Shown here in pieces: positions 16,080-24,403 of a DNA stretch of 32,000 nucleotides. This DNA is from Pseudomonas aeruginosa (lineage in GTDB: Bacteria; Pseudomonadota; Gammaproteobacteria; Pseudomonadales; Pseudomonadaceae). The first letter of the stretch is position 1. Every line of letters starts with the position of its first letter. Position numbers and translations under genes: made by a program. The stretch lies in assembly GCF_001457615.1 (NCBI RefSeq), contig NZ_LN831024.1:2550001-2582000 (forward strand). Direction: 5' to 3'. The notes below the pieces were generated by a model. That model saw only the letters and a list, made by a program, of their open reading frames with translations. It was not told where the DNA came from and ran no database searches.

Positions 16080-17294
16080 GTGGCGCAACGAGAATTTTCC
16101 GCGACCAGCGGCGGTGTGCTGCTGGCGTCGGTGGTGGCGATCATGCTCGGGCCCACCGGCATCCTGCTGAACACCTTCAGTCTGTTCATCGCACCGATGA
16201 GCGCCGAGTACGCCTGGGACCGCGCCGAGGTGTCGTTGCTGGTGACGCTGTTCGGACTGGCGGTCGCCATCACCAGCCCGCTCAAGGGCTGGCTGATCGA
16301 CCGTTGGGGCGCGCGGCGGACAATGCTCGGGCTGACCGCCGCCCTGTCGCTGCCGCTGCTCGGCCTGGCGGCGGTGAATGCCGTCTGGCAACTCTACGCG
16401 CTGTTCCTGCTGATCGGCCTGCTGGCGCCAGGCAACCTGCCTTACGGACGTATCCTCGGACTCTGGTTCCGCCAACGCCTGGGCGTGGCCTACGGCCTGC
16501 TAGGCCTGGGCTTCGGGGTGGGCGGGCCGCTGGGCCTGCTGGTCGGCCACCAGAGCCTCGAAGCGTGGGGCTGGCGCGGCGCTTTCCTGGTCTACGGCGT
16601 GCTCGAACTGGGCCTGGCGCTGCCGCTGCTGGCCTGGCTGTTCCGCGAGCCAGCGCCGGATGCTGGCGTGGCCGCCGGCACGGCCGTAGCGGAAACCGCG
16701 CTGAGCGGATCGACGGCGCCCCAGGCCTGGCGCAGCGCCAGTTTCTGGCTGGTGCTGGGCAACCAGGTACTGGCGGTGTTCGTGATGTCCGGGATCATGA
16801 CCCATGGCGTGCCGATGCTGGTGGAGCGCGGTTTGTCCCGGGGCGAGGCGGGCACCGCGCTGTCGGCGTTGTGGGTCGGCATGATGCTGTCGCAGCCGCT
16901 GATGGGCTGGCTTCTCGACCGCGTGGCGACGCCTCGGGTGGCGTTGCCCTTCGCCCTGGCGGCGGTGCTCGGCATGGCCTGGTTCCTGGTGGGCGACACA
17001 CCGAGCGGTCTATGGCTGGCGGTGTTCCTGGTCGGCCTGGGTGGAGGAGGGGAAAGCGGCACCACCAAGTACCTGTTGATGCGCTACTTCGGCCTGCGCA
17101 GTTTCGGTGTGATCTACGGTTCGATCCAGCCGTTCACCTTCGCCCTGTCGATCAGTCTCGGCGCTTACCTGCTGGGCTGGCTGTACGACCGCGCCGAAGG
17201 CTACGGGACGGCCGAATGGGTGCTGCTCGCGGCTTTTTCCCTGGCTGCGTGCAGCCTGTTCGCCTTTCGCCCCTATCCGCAGAAATTGCCCTGA
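16080..17294 (+). CDS. MFS transporter
   Basis: Taken from ORF 15981..17294. GTG 16080 lies 10 nt after the receptor stop, with GAGGG upstream. The protein is polytopic and hydrophobic, with MFS-like loop motifs (GWLIDRWGARR, WGWRGAF). The start is uncertain; ATG 16143 is an alternative. Confidence 0.8.
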   Translation: MAQREFSATSGGVLLASVVAIMLGPTGILLNTFSLFIAPMSAEYAWDRAEVSLLVTLFGLAVAITSPLKGWLIDRWGARRTMLGLTAALSLPLLGLAAVNAVWQLYALFLLIGLLAPGNLPYGRILGLWFRQRLGVAYGLLGLGFGVGGPLGLLVGHQSLEAWGWRGAFLVYGVLELGLALPLLAWLFREPAPDAGVAAGTAVAETALSGSTAPQAWRSASFWLVLGNQVLAVFVMSGIMTHGVPMLVERGLSRGEAGTALSALWVGMMLSQPLMGWLLDRVATPRVALPFALAAVLGMAWFLVGDTPSGLWLAVFLVGLGGGGESGTTKYLLMRYFGLRSFGVIYGSIQPFTFALSISLGAYLLGWLYDRAEGYGTAEWVLLAAFSLAACSLFAFRPYPQKLP

Positions 17295-17309
17295 AGGGAA
17301 TCATGCCGG

Positions 17310-18338
17310 CTAGCGTTCGCCCTGGCGCCGCGCGGTCTTGCCGGCGAGGCGGGCCTGCCGATAGTCGTTGGCACACTGTCCCGTCCAGCGACGGAAGGCG
17401 TGGCGAAAACTGGAGGTATCCATGTAGCCCAGCCTCTCGGCGACTTCCTCGATGCGCAGTCGCTCGTCCCGCAGCAGTTGGCGCGCCCTGTCGTGACGGA
17501 CCAGGTCGAGCACTTCCCGGTAGTTGGTGCCCTCGTCGGCGAGCCGTCGGCGCAGCGTCCGCTCGGTGACCTTCAACTGCCGGGCGACCCAGGCGATGCT
17601 CGGGTAGCGGTCCTGTAGCACCTCCAGCAGTGCCACGATGCGTTGGCGGTAGCCGCCCATCTCGCGGGTGACGCGGGTGTTGAAGGCCTTGCTGCCGAGC
17701 GCCAGCGAGGCCTGGAACACGGCGGAGTTGGCAGTGGCGATCTCGGCCTCGAGCAATTCCTCGGGGAGGGTGAAGGTGATGCCTGCGCCGGCGAAATACA
17801 CCGGCACCCGGAAATACTCCTCGTATGCCCGCACGTCGCCGTTCCTTTCCGGGAGGCGCAGGCGGACCAGTTCCAGCTCGCCCAGCAGCAGGTCGCGGAA
17901 CACCGCGTAGGCGGCCGACGCCAGGACGTTGGCGTGATACAGCCGGGCCGACTGCGGCCAGTCCGGCTTGTCCTGCAGGTCGATATCCACATCCACGGTG
18001 TCGCAACTGGAACGTCGCACCGCGATCCCGCGGATATCCTTGCGGAACAGCAGCATGTTGGTCTTGATCAGTTGCAAGGCTTCGCCCACGGTGCCGGCAC
18101 TCTGCAATGCCAGCCCGGCGACGCCGTAGTCGGAAAGGCGGTAGTGCTCCCCCAGGCTCAGGCCTTCCAGGGGGGAGCGTCCGTTCAGCACGATCCACTC
18201 GTAGAGCGCTTCGCTGGGCAGGCGCGGCTCGGCAGCCGAACCCTGACGCATGTCCGGAGGCGTGATGCGTTGCACGGCGAGGTAGTTGTTGAGTGGTCGC
18301 CACTCGAAATCGTACTGGATGTTTTCGGACGGGCTCAT
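17310..18338 (-). CDS. AraC/XylS-family transcriptional regulator
   Basis: 342-aa ORF with AGAGG RBS. The C-terminal double HTH reads IAWVARQLKVTERTLRRRLADEGTNYREVL...IEEVAERLGYMDTSSFRHAFRRWTG. The N-terminal region resembles an AraC-type ligand-binding domain. Confidence 0.9.
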   Translation of the reverse strand: MSPSENIQYDFEWRPLNNYLAVQRITPPDMRQGSAAEPRLPSEALYEWIVLNGRSPLEGLSLGEHYRLSDYGVAGLALQSAGTVGEALQLIKTNMLLFRKDIRGIAVRRSSCDTVDVDIDLQDKPDWPQSARLYHANVLASAAYAVFRDLLLGELELVRLRLPERNGDVRAYEEYFRVPVYFAGAGITFTLPEELLEAEIATANSAVFQASLALGSKAFNTRVTREMGGYRQRIVALLEVLQDRYPSIAWVARQLKVTERTLRRRLADEGTNYREVLDLVRHDRARQLLRDERLRIEEVAERLGYMDTSSFRHAFRRWTGQCANDYRQARLAGKTARRQGER

Positions 18339-18462
18339 CGGTTACCTCTTGCACGCGATGCTATCGCCCTGAAGGCGTCAGGGCTTCGTTATTCCATGCG
18401 GATGTCGTTTCGGTTGATTTTCGTACGCTGGGCTTCCGGCAATCACTACCTTGCGTAAGGGG

Positions 18463-18489
18463 TTGACAGGAGCGGGGTCTGCGTATAGC
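18463..18489 (+). promoter_or_regulatory. Sigma70-like promoter element TTGACA-N15-TATAGC, far upstream of pqsH
   Basis: A consensus -35 (18463-18468) and a near-consensus -10 (18484-18489). The spacer is short at 15 nt. A start here would lie about 460 nt upstream of the pqsH ATG. Confidence 0.3.
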
Positions 18490-18722
18490 CGCGCCTCCGC
18501 GACGCCGTGCCGATCGGTCGTGCATGCTTGCCGTGGCCCGGCTGAGCACTGCCGTCCCGGCCACTCTCGCCGGGGTGGCTGCGCCTGGATGATCGTCGTG
18601 GGCGGTGGTGGCGCGGGCCGGTCGCCCTGAGCTTCAGGCGCCATCGCCGCTTGCCGGCGCTCGGGAGGCCGCTGGCCAAGGAAAACCGTAGCGCCGCGGC
18701 GGGCGGCGGCTAGCGGGGATTT

Positions 18723-18757
18723 CCGGCCACGCGTGCCGTGCCCGGGCCACGCTTGCC
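18723..18757. repeat. 15-bp imperfect direct repeat with 20-bp period (CCGGCCACGCGTGCC / CGGGCCACGCTTGCC)
   Basis: Read directly; 13 of 15 positions are identical. It lies about 200 bp upstream of the pqsH start. Confidence 0.7.
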
Positions 18758-18832
18758 TTCCCGGCGCGCCGGACTCCCGGTGGCCTGGAGGACAGGAAAA
18801 GCGAGCGGCGAGGTGTCGGCGAGCAGGGTCAA

Positions 18833-18848
18833 CTCGATCTTCTGATAG
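18833..18848. promoter_or_regulatory. Candidate las/rhl-type box CTCGATCTTCTGATAG upstream of pqsH
   Basis: It fits CT-N12-AG but has little internal dyad symmetry. It sits in a locally AT-richer patch. A -10-like TAGGAT (18873-18878) puts the box centre at about -44 relative to a putative start. pqsH is known to be LasR-dependent. Confidence 0.35.
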
Positions 18849-18906
18849 GGTCGGTGGGCTGTCCGGGGCGGCTAGGATGGACATTTTCATCGTCTCGGGC
18901 AGGCCT

Positions 18907-18930
18907 GTCGCGACCGCGCGAAGTCGCGAC
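18907..18930 (+). repeat. Two copies of the self-complementary octamer GTCGCGAC separated by 8 nt (potential 8-bp hairpin in the pqsH leader)
   Basis: GTCGCGAC-CGCGCGAA-GTCGCGAC, read directly. It ends 13 nt before the AAGGAG RBS (18944-18949). Confidence 0.7.
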
Positions 18931-18955
18931 GGATGCCGCTGCTAAGGAGCAACGG

Positions 18956-20104
18956 ATGACCGTTCTTATCCAGGGGGCCGGGATCGCCGGCCTGGCGCTG
19001 GCGCGCGAATTCACCAAGGCAGGCATCGACTGGCTGCTGGTCGAGCGGGCCAGCGAGATCAGGCCCATCGGTACCGGCATCACCCTGGCGAGCAATGCGT
19101 TGACGGCGTTGTCCAGCACCCTGGATCTCGACCGGCTGTTCCGCCGTGGCATGCCGTTGGCCGGCATCAACGTATACGCCCACGACGGTTCGATGCTGAT
19201 GTCGATGCCTTCCAGTCTGGGTGGGAATTCCCGCGGCGGCCTGGCGTTGCAGCGCCACGAACTGCATGCGGCGCTACTGGAGGGGCTGGATGAGTCGCGC
19301 ATTCGGGTCGGGGTCTCCATCGTGCAGATCCTCGACGGACTCGACCACGAACGCGTGACCCTGAGCGACGGCACTGTCCACGACTGTTCGCTGGTGGTCG
19401 GTGCGGATGGCATTCGTTCGAGCGTGCGACGTTATGTCTGGCCGGAGGCGACCTTGCGTCATTCCGGCGAAACCTGCTGGCGCCTGGTCGTTCCCCATCG
19501 GCTGGAGGACGCCGAGCTGGCGGGAGAGGTCTGGGGACACGGCAAGCGCCTCGGCTTCATCCAGATCAGCCCGCGCGAGATGTATGTCTACGCGACCCTG
19601 AAGGTGCGCCGGGAGGAGCCCGAGGACGAGGAGGGCTTCGTCACCCCGCAACGGCTGGCCGCCCACTACGCGGACTTCGACGGCATCGGCGCGAGCATCG
19701 CCCGGCTCATACCGAGCGCCACCACGCTGGTGCACAACGACCTCGAGGAGTTGGCCGGCGCCTCCTGGTGCCGCGGACGGGTAGTGCTGATCGGTGACGC
19801 CGCACACGCCATGACGCCGAACCTGGGGCAGGGCGCGGCCATGGCCCTGGAGGACGCCTTCCTGCTGGCGCGCCTGTGGTGTCTGGCGCCGCGCGCCGAG
19901 ACGCTGATCCTGTTCCAGCAGCAACGCGAGGCGCGGATCGAGTTCATCAGGAAGCAATCCTGGATCGTCGGCCGCCTTGGTCAATGGGAATCGCCCTGGA
20001 GCGTCTGGCTGAGGAATACCCTCGTTCGCCTGGTGCCGAATGCCAGTCGCAGGCGCCTCCACCAGCGTCTTTTCACCGGTGTCGGTGAGATGGCCGCGCA
20101 GTAG
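18956..20104 (+). CDS. pqsH: FAD-dependent monooxygenase PqsH (HHQ to PQS hydroxylase)
   Basis: An internal ATG of ORF 18854..20104, with AAGGAG 6 nt upstream, gives a 382-aa protein. Motifs: MTVLIQGAGIAGLALAREF (GxGxxG), ADGIRSSVR, and VLIGDAAHAMTPNLGQGAAMALEDA. The size and the synteny next to gacA fit pqsH. Confidence 0.88.
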   Translation: MTVLIQGAGIAGLALAREFTKAGIDWLLVERASEIRPIGTGITLASNALTALSSTLDLDRLFRRGMPLAGINVYAHDGSMLMSMPSSLGGNSRGGLALQRHELHAALLEGLDESRIRVGVSIVQILDGLDHERVTLSDGTVHDCSLVVGADGIRSSVRRYVWPEATLRHSGETCWRLVVPHRLEDAELAGEVWGHGKRLGFIQISPREMYVYATLKVRREEPEDEEGFVTPQRLAAHYADFDGIGASIARLIPSATTLVHNDLEELAGASWCRGRVVLIGDAAHAMTPNLGQGAAMALEDAFLLARLWCLAPRAETLILFQQQREARIEFIRKQSWIVGRLGQWESPWSVWLRNTLVRLVPNASRRRLHQRLFTGVGEMAAQ

Positions 20105-20445
20105 CCGCCGGTGCCAGTGGCGTCTTGGTCGCCTGTTTTCGACTTCGGCGATGGTCGCTATGGAGAAGTCCCGGGCAACCAGGGCGCTTGCGCTTTACCA
20201 GGCCCGGCGTCGCTGGGCTCTCCACAGGTTCGCCGGTTTTTGCTGCGATCCGGTCTGCCGCTCGCCGGGGGCTGGCGGTATACTTCGCAGCGCCCGTTCG
20301 ATGCCGTCGAATGATGTTTCCATGACGCTTGATTTATGACGCCTTTGCGCCAAGCTAGGTCATGGGATGGCTTTCTGTTAAGGTTGCCGAAATCTCCTGG
20401 GGGCCCGTGTGGGCGGTTGTCTGCTAATGCGCGACGAGGTGCAGC

Positions 20446-21090
20446 GTGATTAAGGTGCTGGTGGTCGACGACCACGATCTGGTACGCACCGGTATTACCC
20501 GCATGCTGGCCGACATCGAAGGCTTGCAAGTGGTCGGCCAGGCCGACTGCGGTGAAGACTGTCTGAAACTGGCCCGCGAACTGAAGCCGGATGTCGTCCT
20601 GATGGACGTGAAGATGCCCGGTATCGGCGGCCTGGAGGCAACCCGCAAGCTGCTGCGCAGCCAGCCCGACATCAAGGTCGTGGTAGTCACCGTCTGCGAA
20701 GAGGATCCGTTCCCCACCCGCCTCATGCAGGCCGGCGCCGCCGGCTACATGACCAAGGGCGCGGGGCTGGAGGAAATGGTCCAGGCGATTCGCCAGGTCT
20801 TCGCCGGCCAGCGCTATATCAGCCCGCAGATCGCCCAGCAACTGGCGCTGAAGTCCTTCCAGCCGCAGCAGCACGATTCCCCCTTCGATTCGCTGTCCGA
20901 GCGCGAGATCCAGATCGCCCTGATGATCGCCAACTGCCACAAGGTGCAGAGCATCTCCGACAAGCTGTGCCTGTCGCCGAAGACCGTGAATACCTATCGC
21001 TACCGCATCTTCGAGAAGCTCTCGATCACCAGCGACGTGGAGCTGGCGCTGCTCGCCGTCCGCCACGGCATGGTCGATGCCGCCAGCTAG
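20446..21090 (+). CDS. gacA: Response regulator GacA (NarL/FixJ family; UvrY orthologue)
   Basis: 214-aa ORF with a GTG start and GAGG 7 nt upstream. REC domain: VLVVDDHDLVR...DVVLMDVKMPGIGGLEA. LuxR HTH: LSEREIQIALMIANCHKVQSISDKLCLSPKTVNTYRYRIFEKL. The gene abuts uvrC, as uvrY does in E. coli. Confidence 0.93.
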   Translation: MIKVLVVDDHDLVRTGITRMLADIEGLQVVGQADCGEDCLKLARELKPDVVLMDVKMPGIGGLEATRKLLRSQPDIKVVVVTVCEEDPFPTRLMQAGAAGYMTKGAGLEEMVQAIRQVFAGQRYISPQIAQQLALKSFQPQQHDSPFDSLSEREIQIALMIANCHKVQSISDKLCLSPKTVNTYRYRIFEKLSITSDVELALLAVRHGMVDAAS

Positions 21091-22917
21091 ATGAGCGCCG
21101 TTTTCGACGCAAGCGCTTTCCTCGCTACCTGCAGCAATCGTCCGGGCGTCTACCGCATGTTCGATGCGGACGCCAAGCTTCTCTACGTGGGCAAGGCGAA
21201 GAGCCTGAAGAAGCGCCTGGCCAGCTATTTCCGCAAGTCCGGCCTGGCGCCGAAGACCGCTGCGCTGGTGGCGCGGATCGCCCAGGTGGAAACCACCATC
21301 ACCGCCAATGAAACCGAGGCGTTGCTGCTGGAGCAGACGCTGATCAAGGAGTGGCGGCCGCCCTACAACATCCTGCTGCGGGACGACAAGTCCTATCCCT
21401 TCGTGTTCCTCTCCAGCGAGGACGAGTATCCGCGGCTGTCCCTGCACCGTGGCGCGAAGAAGCGCAAGGGGCGTTACTTCGGTCCCTATCCGAGCGCGGG
21501 AGCGATCCGCGAGAGCCTCAACCTGCTGCAGAAGGCGTTTCTCGTCCGCCAGTGCGAGGACAGCTATTTCCGCAACCGTACGCGGCCCTGCCTGCAATAC
21601 CAGATCAAGCGCTGCAAGGGGCCCTGCGTGGGGCTGGTCAGTCCTGAGGAGTACGCCGAGGACGTGCGCCACTCGGTGATGTTCCTCGAAGGAAGGAGCA
21701 ACGCGCTGGCCGACGAGCTGAACGTCGGCATGGAGCAGGCGGCGATGCGCCTGGACTTCGAGAAGGCGGCGGAGTTGCGCGACCAGGTGGCGATCCTGCG
21801 GCGGGTCCAGGACCAGCAGAGCATGGAAGGTGGCAACGGCGACGTCGACATCGTCGCCGCCATCGTCACCCCTGGCGGCGCTTGCGTACACCTGATCAGC
21901 GTACGCGGCGGGCGGGTGCTGGGCAGCAAGAACTTCTTCCCGCAGGTCGCGATCGAGGAGGAGGTGGGCGAAGTGCTGCTGGCGTTCCTTGGCCAGTACT
22001 ATCTCAGCCACCAGGAGCGCGACCTGCCGGCGGAGTTGATCGTCAACGTGACGCACGAGGATTTCCCGGTGCTGGTTTCGGCGATCGCCGAAGCGCGAGG
22101 CCGCGAACTGGAGATCAGCTACCGGGTGCGTGGTACCCGCGCCCGCTGGCAGCAACTGGCGGTGACCAACGCCGAACAGGCCCTGGGCGCACGCCTGGCC
22201 AACCGCCAGCATGTGGCGGCACGCTTCGAAGCCCTTGCCGAGGCGCTCGACCTGGCGGAGCCGCCGCAACGCCTGGAGTGCTTCGATATCAGTCACTCCA
22301 GCGGCGAGGCTACCGTGGCTTCCTGCGTGGTGTTCGGCCCGGAAGGGCCGCTGAAATCGGACTATCGCCGCTACAACATCGAAGGCGTCACGGCCGGCGA
22401 CGACTACGCGGCGATGCACCAGGCGCTGACCCGCCGCTTCAGTCGCCTGAAGGACGGCGAGGGGAAGATGCCCGACATTCTCCTGGTGGATGGCGGCAAG
22501 GGGCAATTGGCCATGGCCCAGGAGGTGCTCCAGGAACTGGCGGTCGCCGGTCTGATCCTGCTCGGCGTGGCCAAGGGCGTGACCCGCAAGCCGGGGCTGG
22601 AAACCCTCTACCTGAACGATGCCTCCCACGAGTTCACCCTGCCGGCCGATTCGCCGGCGCTGCACCTGATCCAGCAGATACGTGACGAAGCGCACCGTTT
22701 CGCCATCACCGGCCACCGTGCGCGGCGCGGCAAGGCACGGCGGACGTCGACGCTGGAGGACGTCCCTGGCGTCGGCCCGAAACGTCGGCGCGACTTGCTC
22801 AAGCATTTCGGCGGGTTGCAGGAATTGTCGCGGGCGAGTATCGATGAACTGGCCAAAGCCCCCGGTATCAGTAAAAAGCTTGCCGAGCAGATTTATGCCG
22901 TCCTGCACAGCGAGTAG
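21091..22917 (+). CDS. uvrC: Excinuclease ABC subunit C
   Basis: 608-aa ORF. GIY-YIG domain ([29 protein letters not shown]), UVR domain ([17 protein letters not shown]) and a C-terminal HhH ([16 protein letters not shown]). Confidence 0.96.
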   Translation: MSAVFDASAFLATCSNRPGVYRMFDADAKLLYVGKAKSLKKRLASYFRKSGLAPKTAALVARIAQVETTITANETEALLLEQTLIKEWRPPYNILLRDDKSYPFVFLSSEDEYPRLSLHRGAKKRKGRYFGPYPSAGAIRESLNLLQKAFLVRQCEDSYFRNRTRPCLQYQIKRCKGPCVGLVSPEEYAEDVRHSVMFLEGRSNALADELNVGMEQAAMRLDFEKAAELRDQVAILRRVQDQQSMEGGNGDVDIVAAIVTPGGACVHLISVRGGRVLGSKNFFPQVAIEEEVGEVLLAFLGQYYLSHQERDLPAELIVNVTHEDFPVLVSAIAEARGRELEISYRVRGTRARWQQLAVTNAEQALGARLANRQHVAARFEALAEALDLAEPPQRLECFDISHSSGEATVASCVVFGPEGPLKSDYRRYNIEGVTAGDDYAAMHQALTRRFSRLKDGEGKMPDILLVDGGKGQLAMAQEVLQELAVAGLILLGVAKGVTRKPGLETLYLNDASHEFTLPADSPALHLIQQIRDEAHRFAITGHRARRGKARRTSTLEDVPGVGPKRRRDLLKHFGGLQELSRASIDELAKAPGISKKLAEQIYAVLHSE

Positions 22918-22950
22918 AATGCCGGCTCACCTCGCAGCCTAGATGGTCCG

Positions 22951-23511
22951 ATGAATATCCCCAATCTGCTCACGTTACTGCGCGTCCTGCTCATTCCGAT
23001 CTTCATTCTGCTGTTCTATCTGCCGACGTCCTGGAGCTACCTGACCGCCAGTGCCGTGTTCGCCCTGGCCGCCGCCACCGACTGGCTGGACGGCTACCTC
23101 GCCCGGCGCCTCGGCCAGAGCACGCCGTTCGGCGCCTTCCTCGACCCGGTCGCGGACAAGCTGATGGTGGCGGTTGCGCTGGTCTTGCTGGTGGAAGAGC
23201 ACGCCAACCTGTGGCTGACCCTGCCGGCGGTGATCATCATCGGCCGCGAGATCGTGGTTTCCGCCTTGCGTGAGTGGATGGCCGAACTGGGGGCGAGGGC
23301 GCAGGTCGCGGTGTCCAACCTGGGCAAGTGGAAGACCGCGGCGCAGATGCTGGCGCTGGTCATTCTCCTGGCGAATCCGCCGCTGATGACCTTCTGGGTG
23401 ATTCTCGGCTACGTGCTGCTGATCATCTCCGCGGCGCTGACCCTGTGGTCCATGGTGCACTACCTGCTGGCCGCGTGGCCGCATCTGTCGACCACCCCGA
23501 AAGAGAAATAA
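22951..23511 (+). CDS. pgsA: CDP-diacylglycerol--glycerol-3-phosphate 3-phosphatidyltransferase
   Basis: 186-aa ORF. CDP-alcohol phosphatidyltransferase motif [27 protein letters not shown], with multiple TM segments. Confidence 0.95.
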   Translation: MNIPNLLTLLRVLLIPIFILLFYLPTSWSYLTASAVFALAAATDWLDGYLARRLGQSTPFGAFLDPVADKLMVAVALVLLVEEHANLWLTLPAVIIIGREIVVSALREWMAELGARAQVAVSNLGKWKTAAQMLALVILLANPPLMTFWVILGYVLLIISAALTLWSMVHYLLAAWPHLSTTPKEK

Positions 23512-23530
23512 ACTTTTTTGAATCAAGGAG

Positions 23531-23558
23531 TTGACACGGCGCCGCGATGCTATAGAAT
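23531..23558 (+). promoter_or_regulatory. Sigma70 promoter for tRNA-Gly (TTGACA-N16-TAGAAT)
   Basis: A consensus -35 at 23531-23536 and a -10 TAGAAT at 23553-23558. This is about 22 nt upstream of the mature tRNA 5' end. Confidence 0.6.
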
Positions 23559-23579
23559 GGCGCCCGTCACCAAGACGAT

Positions 23580-23655
<76 letters not shown>

Positions 23656-23700
23656 AATATAGATCTATAGAGTTCCAATGAAGTCTGTAGATCATTGAGA

Positions 23701-23722
23701 AAGGGCCTTCGGGCCCTTTTTT
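23701..23722 (+). terminator. Rho-independent terminator of the tRNA-Gly transcript
   Basis: AAGGGCC-TTCG-GGCCCTT followed by TTTTTT. Confidence 0.8.
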
Positions 23723-24403
23723 CGTTCCGCCTCCAAGTCCCGTACCCGTTCGTGGAACGTCCGCGCCGAGGGGCGGTTCTCCTTGCCGCTTTCCCGGCGA
23801 CCGGGGCCGTACGTTTCGCGAAGCCCTTCGTCTCGCCAGCGAGGCGGCTTGCCGCAAGATGCTGCCTCGGCACATCAGAAGTGTGGCTGTCGCACTCCAG
23901 GGGGGCTCGATTCATTGCACCTTGGACCGCCTTCGTGCGCCTGTTGCTTTGGCTGCCACGTTCGACCGAGCCGTCCCAAGGCCAGCGCTTCGGTATCGCA
24001 GCGCTTCGACGACCACTGAGAAGGTCGGCGAAGGTTGCCTCTGACTTGGGTGATAGAGGTAATAGCCCGGGAATGGATCGCACCAGCCTTCCAGCACGCT
24101 ACCAGGTTGCCCTCGGCGATGTGCGGCTCGAACTGGGCTTTCGAGTGCAGGCATGCCACGGCCAGGGCGCACGTCATCGCAAGCGGCTTCATCGATCTAG
24201 CCGGCGACGCGAAAGAGTCTAGGGTTTTCGCGAGCCGGGCATAAGGCGGCTGTCAGAGCGAGTGTCGACAGGCGTGGGTTCCTGGGAAAAGTATCCATCT
24301 ACCTGCTAACATGGCGGCATCGTTGCCGATGTATCCGCAGGCTCCGGGTCGCGGATGCGCTGCTTTCTGTCCGGCCGGAGAACTTTGCCATCGTAGACTC
24401 GAC

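Noticed and set aside
17152-18354. 400-aa minus-strand ORF overlapping the AraC gene in another frame; also 16304..17569(+)
   Set aside because: The products are Arg/Pro-rich. The AraC frame (17310..18338) carries the double HTH and a proper RBS.
18378-18890. 170-aa minus-strand ORF in the pqsH upstream region
   Set aside because: The translation is Pro/Arg/Ala-rich with no RBS or codon periodicity. The region is treated as non-coding regulatory DNA.
20158-22908. 916-aa minus-strand ORF covering gacA and uvrC
   Set aside because: It is antisense to two unambiguous conserved genes. Its composition is low-complexity with no recognisable domain.
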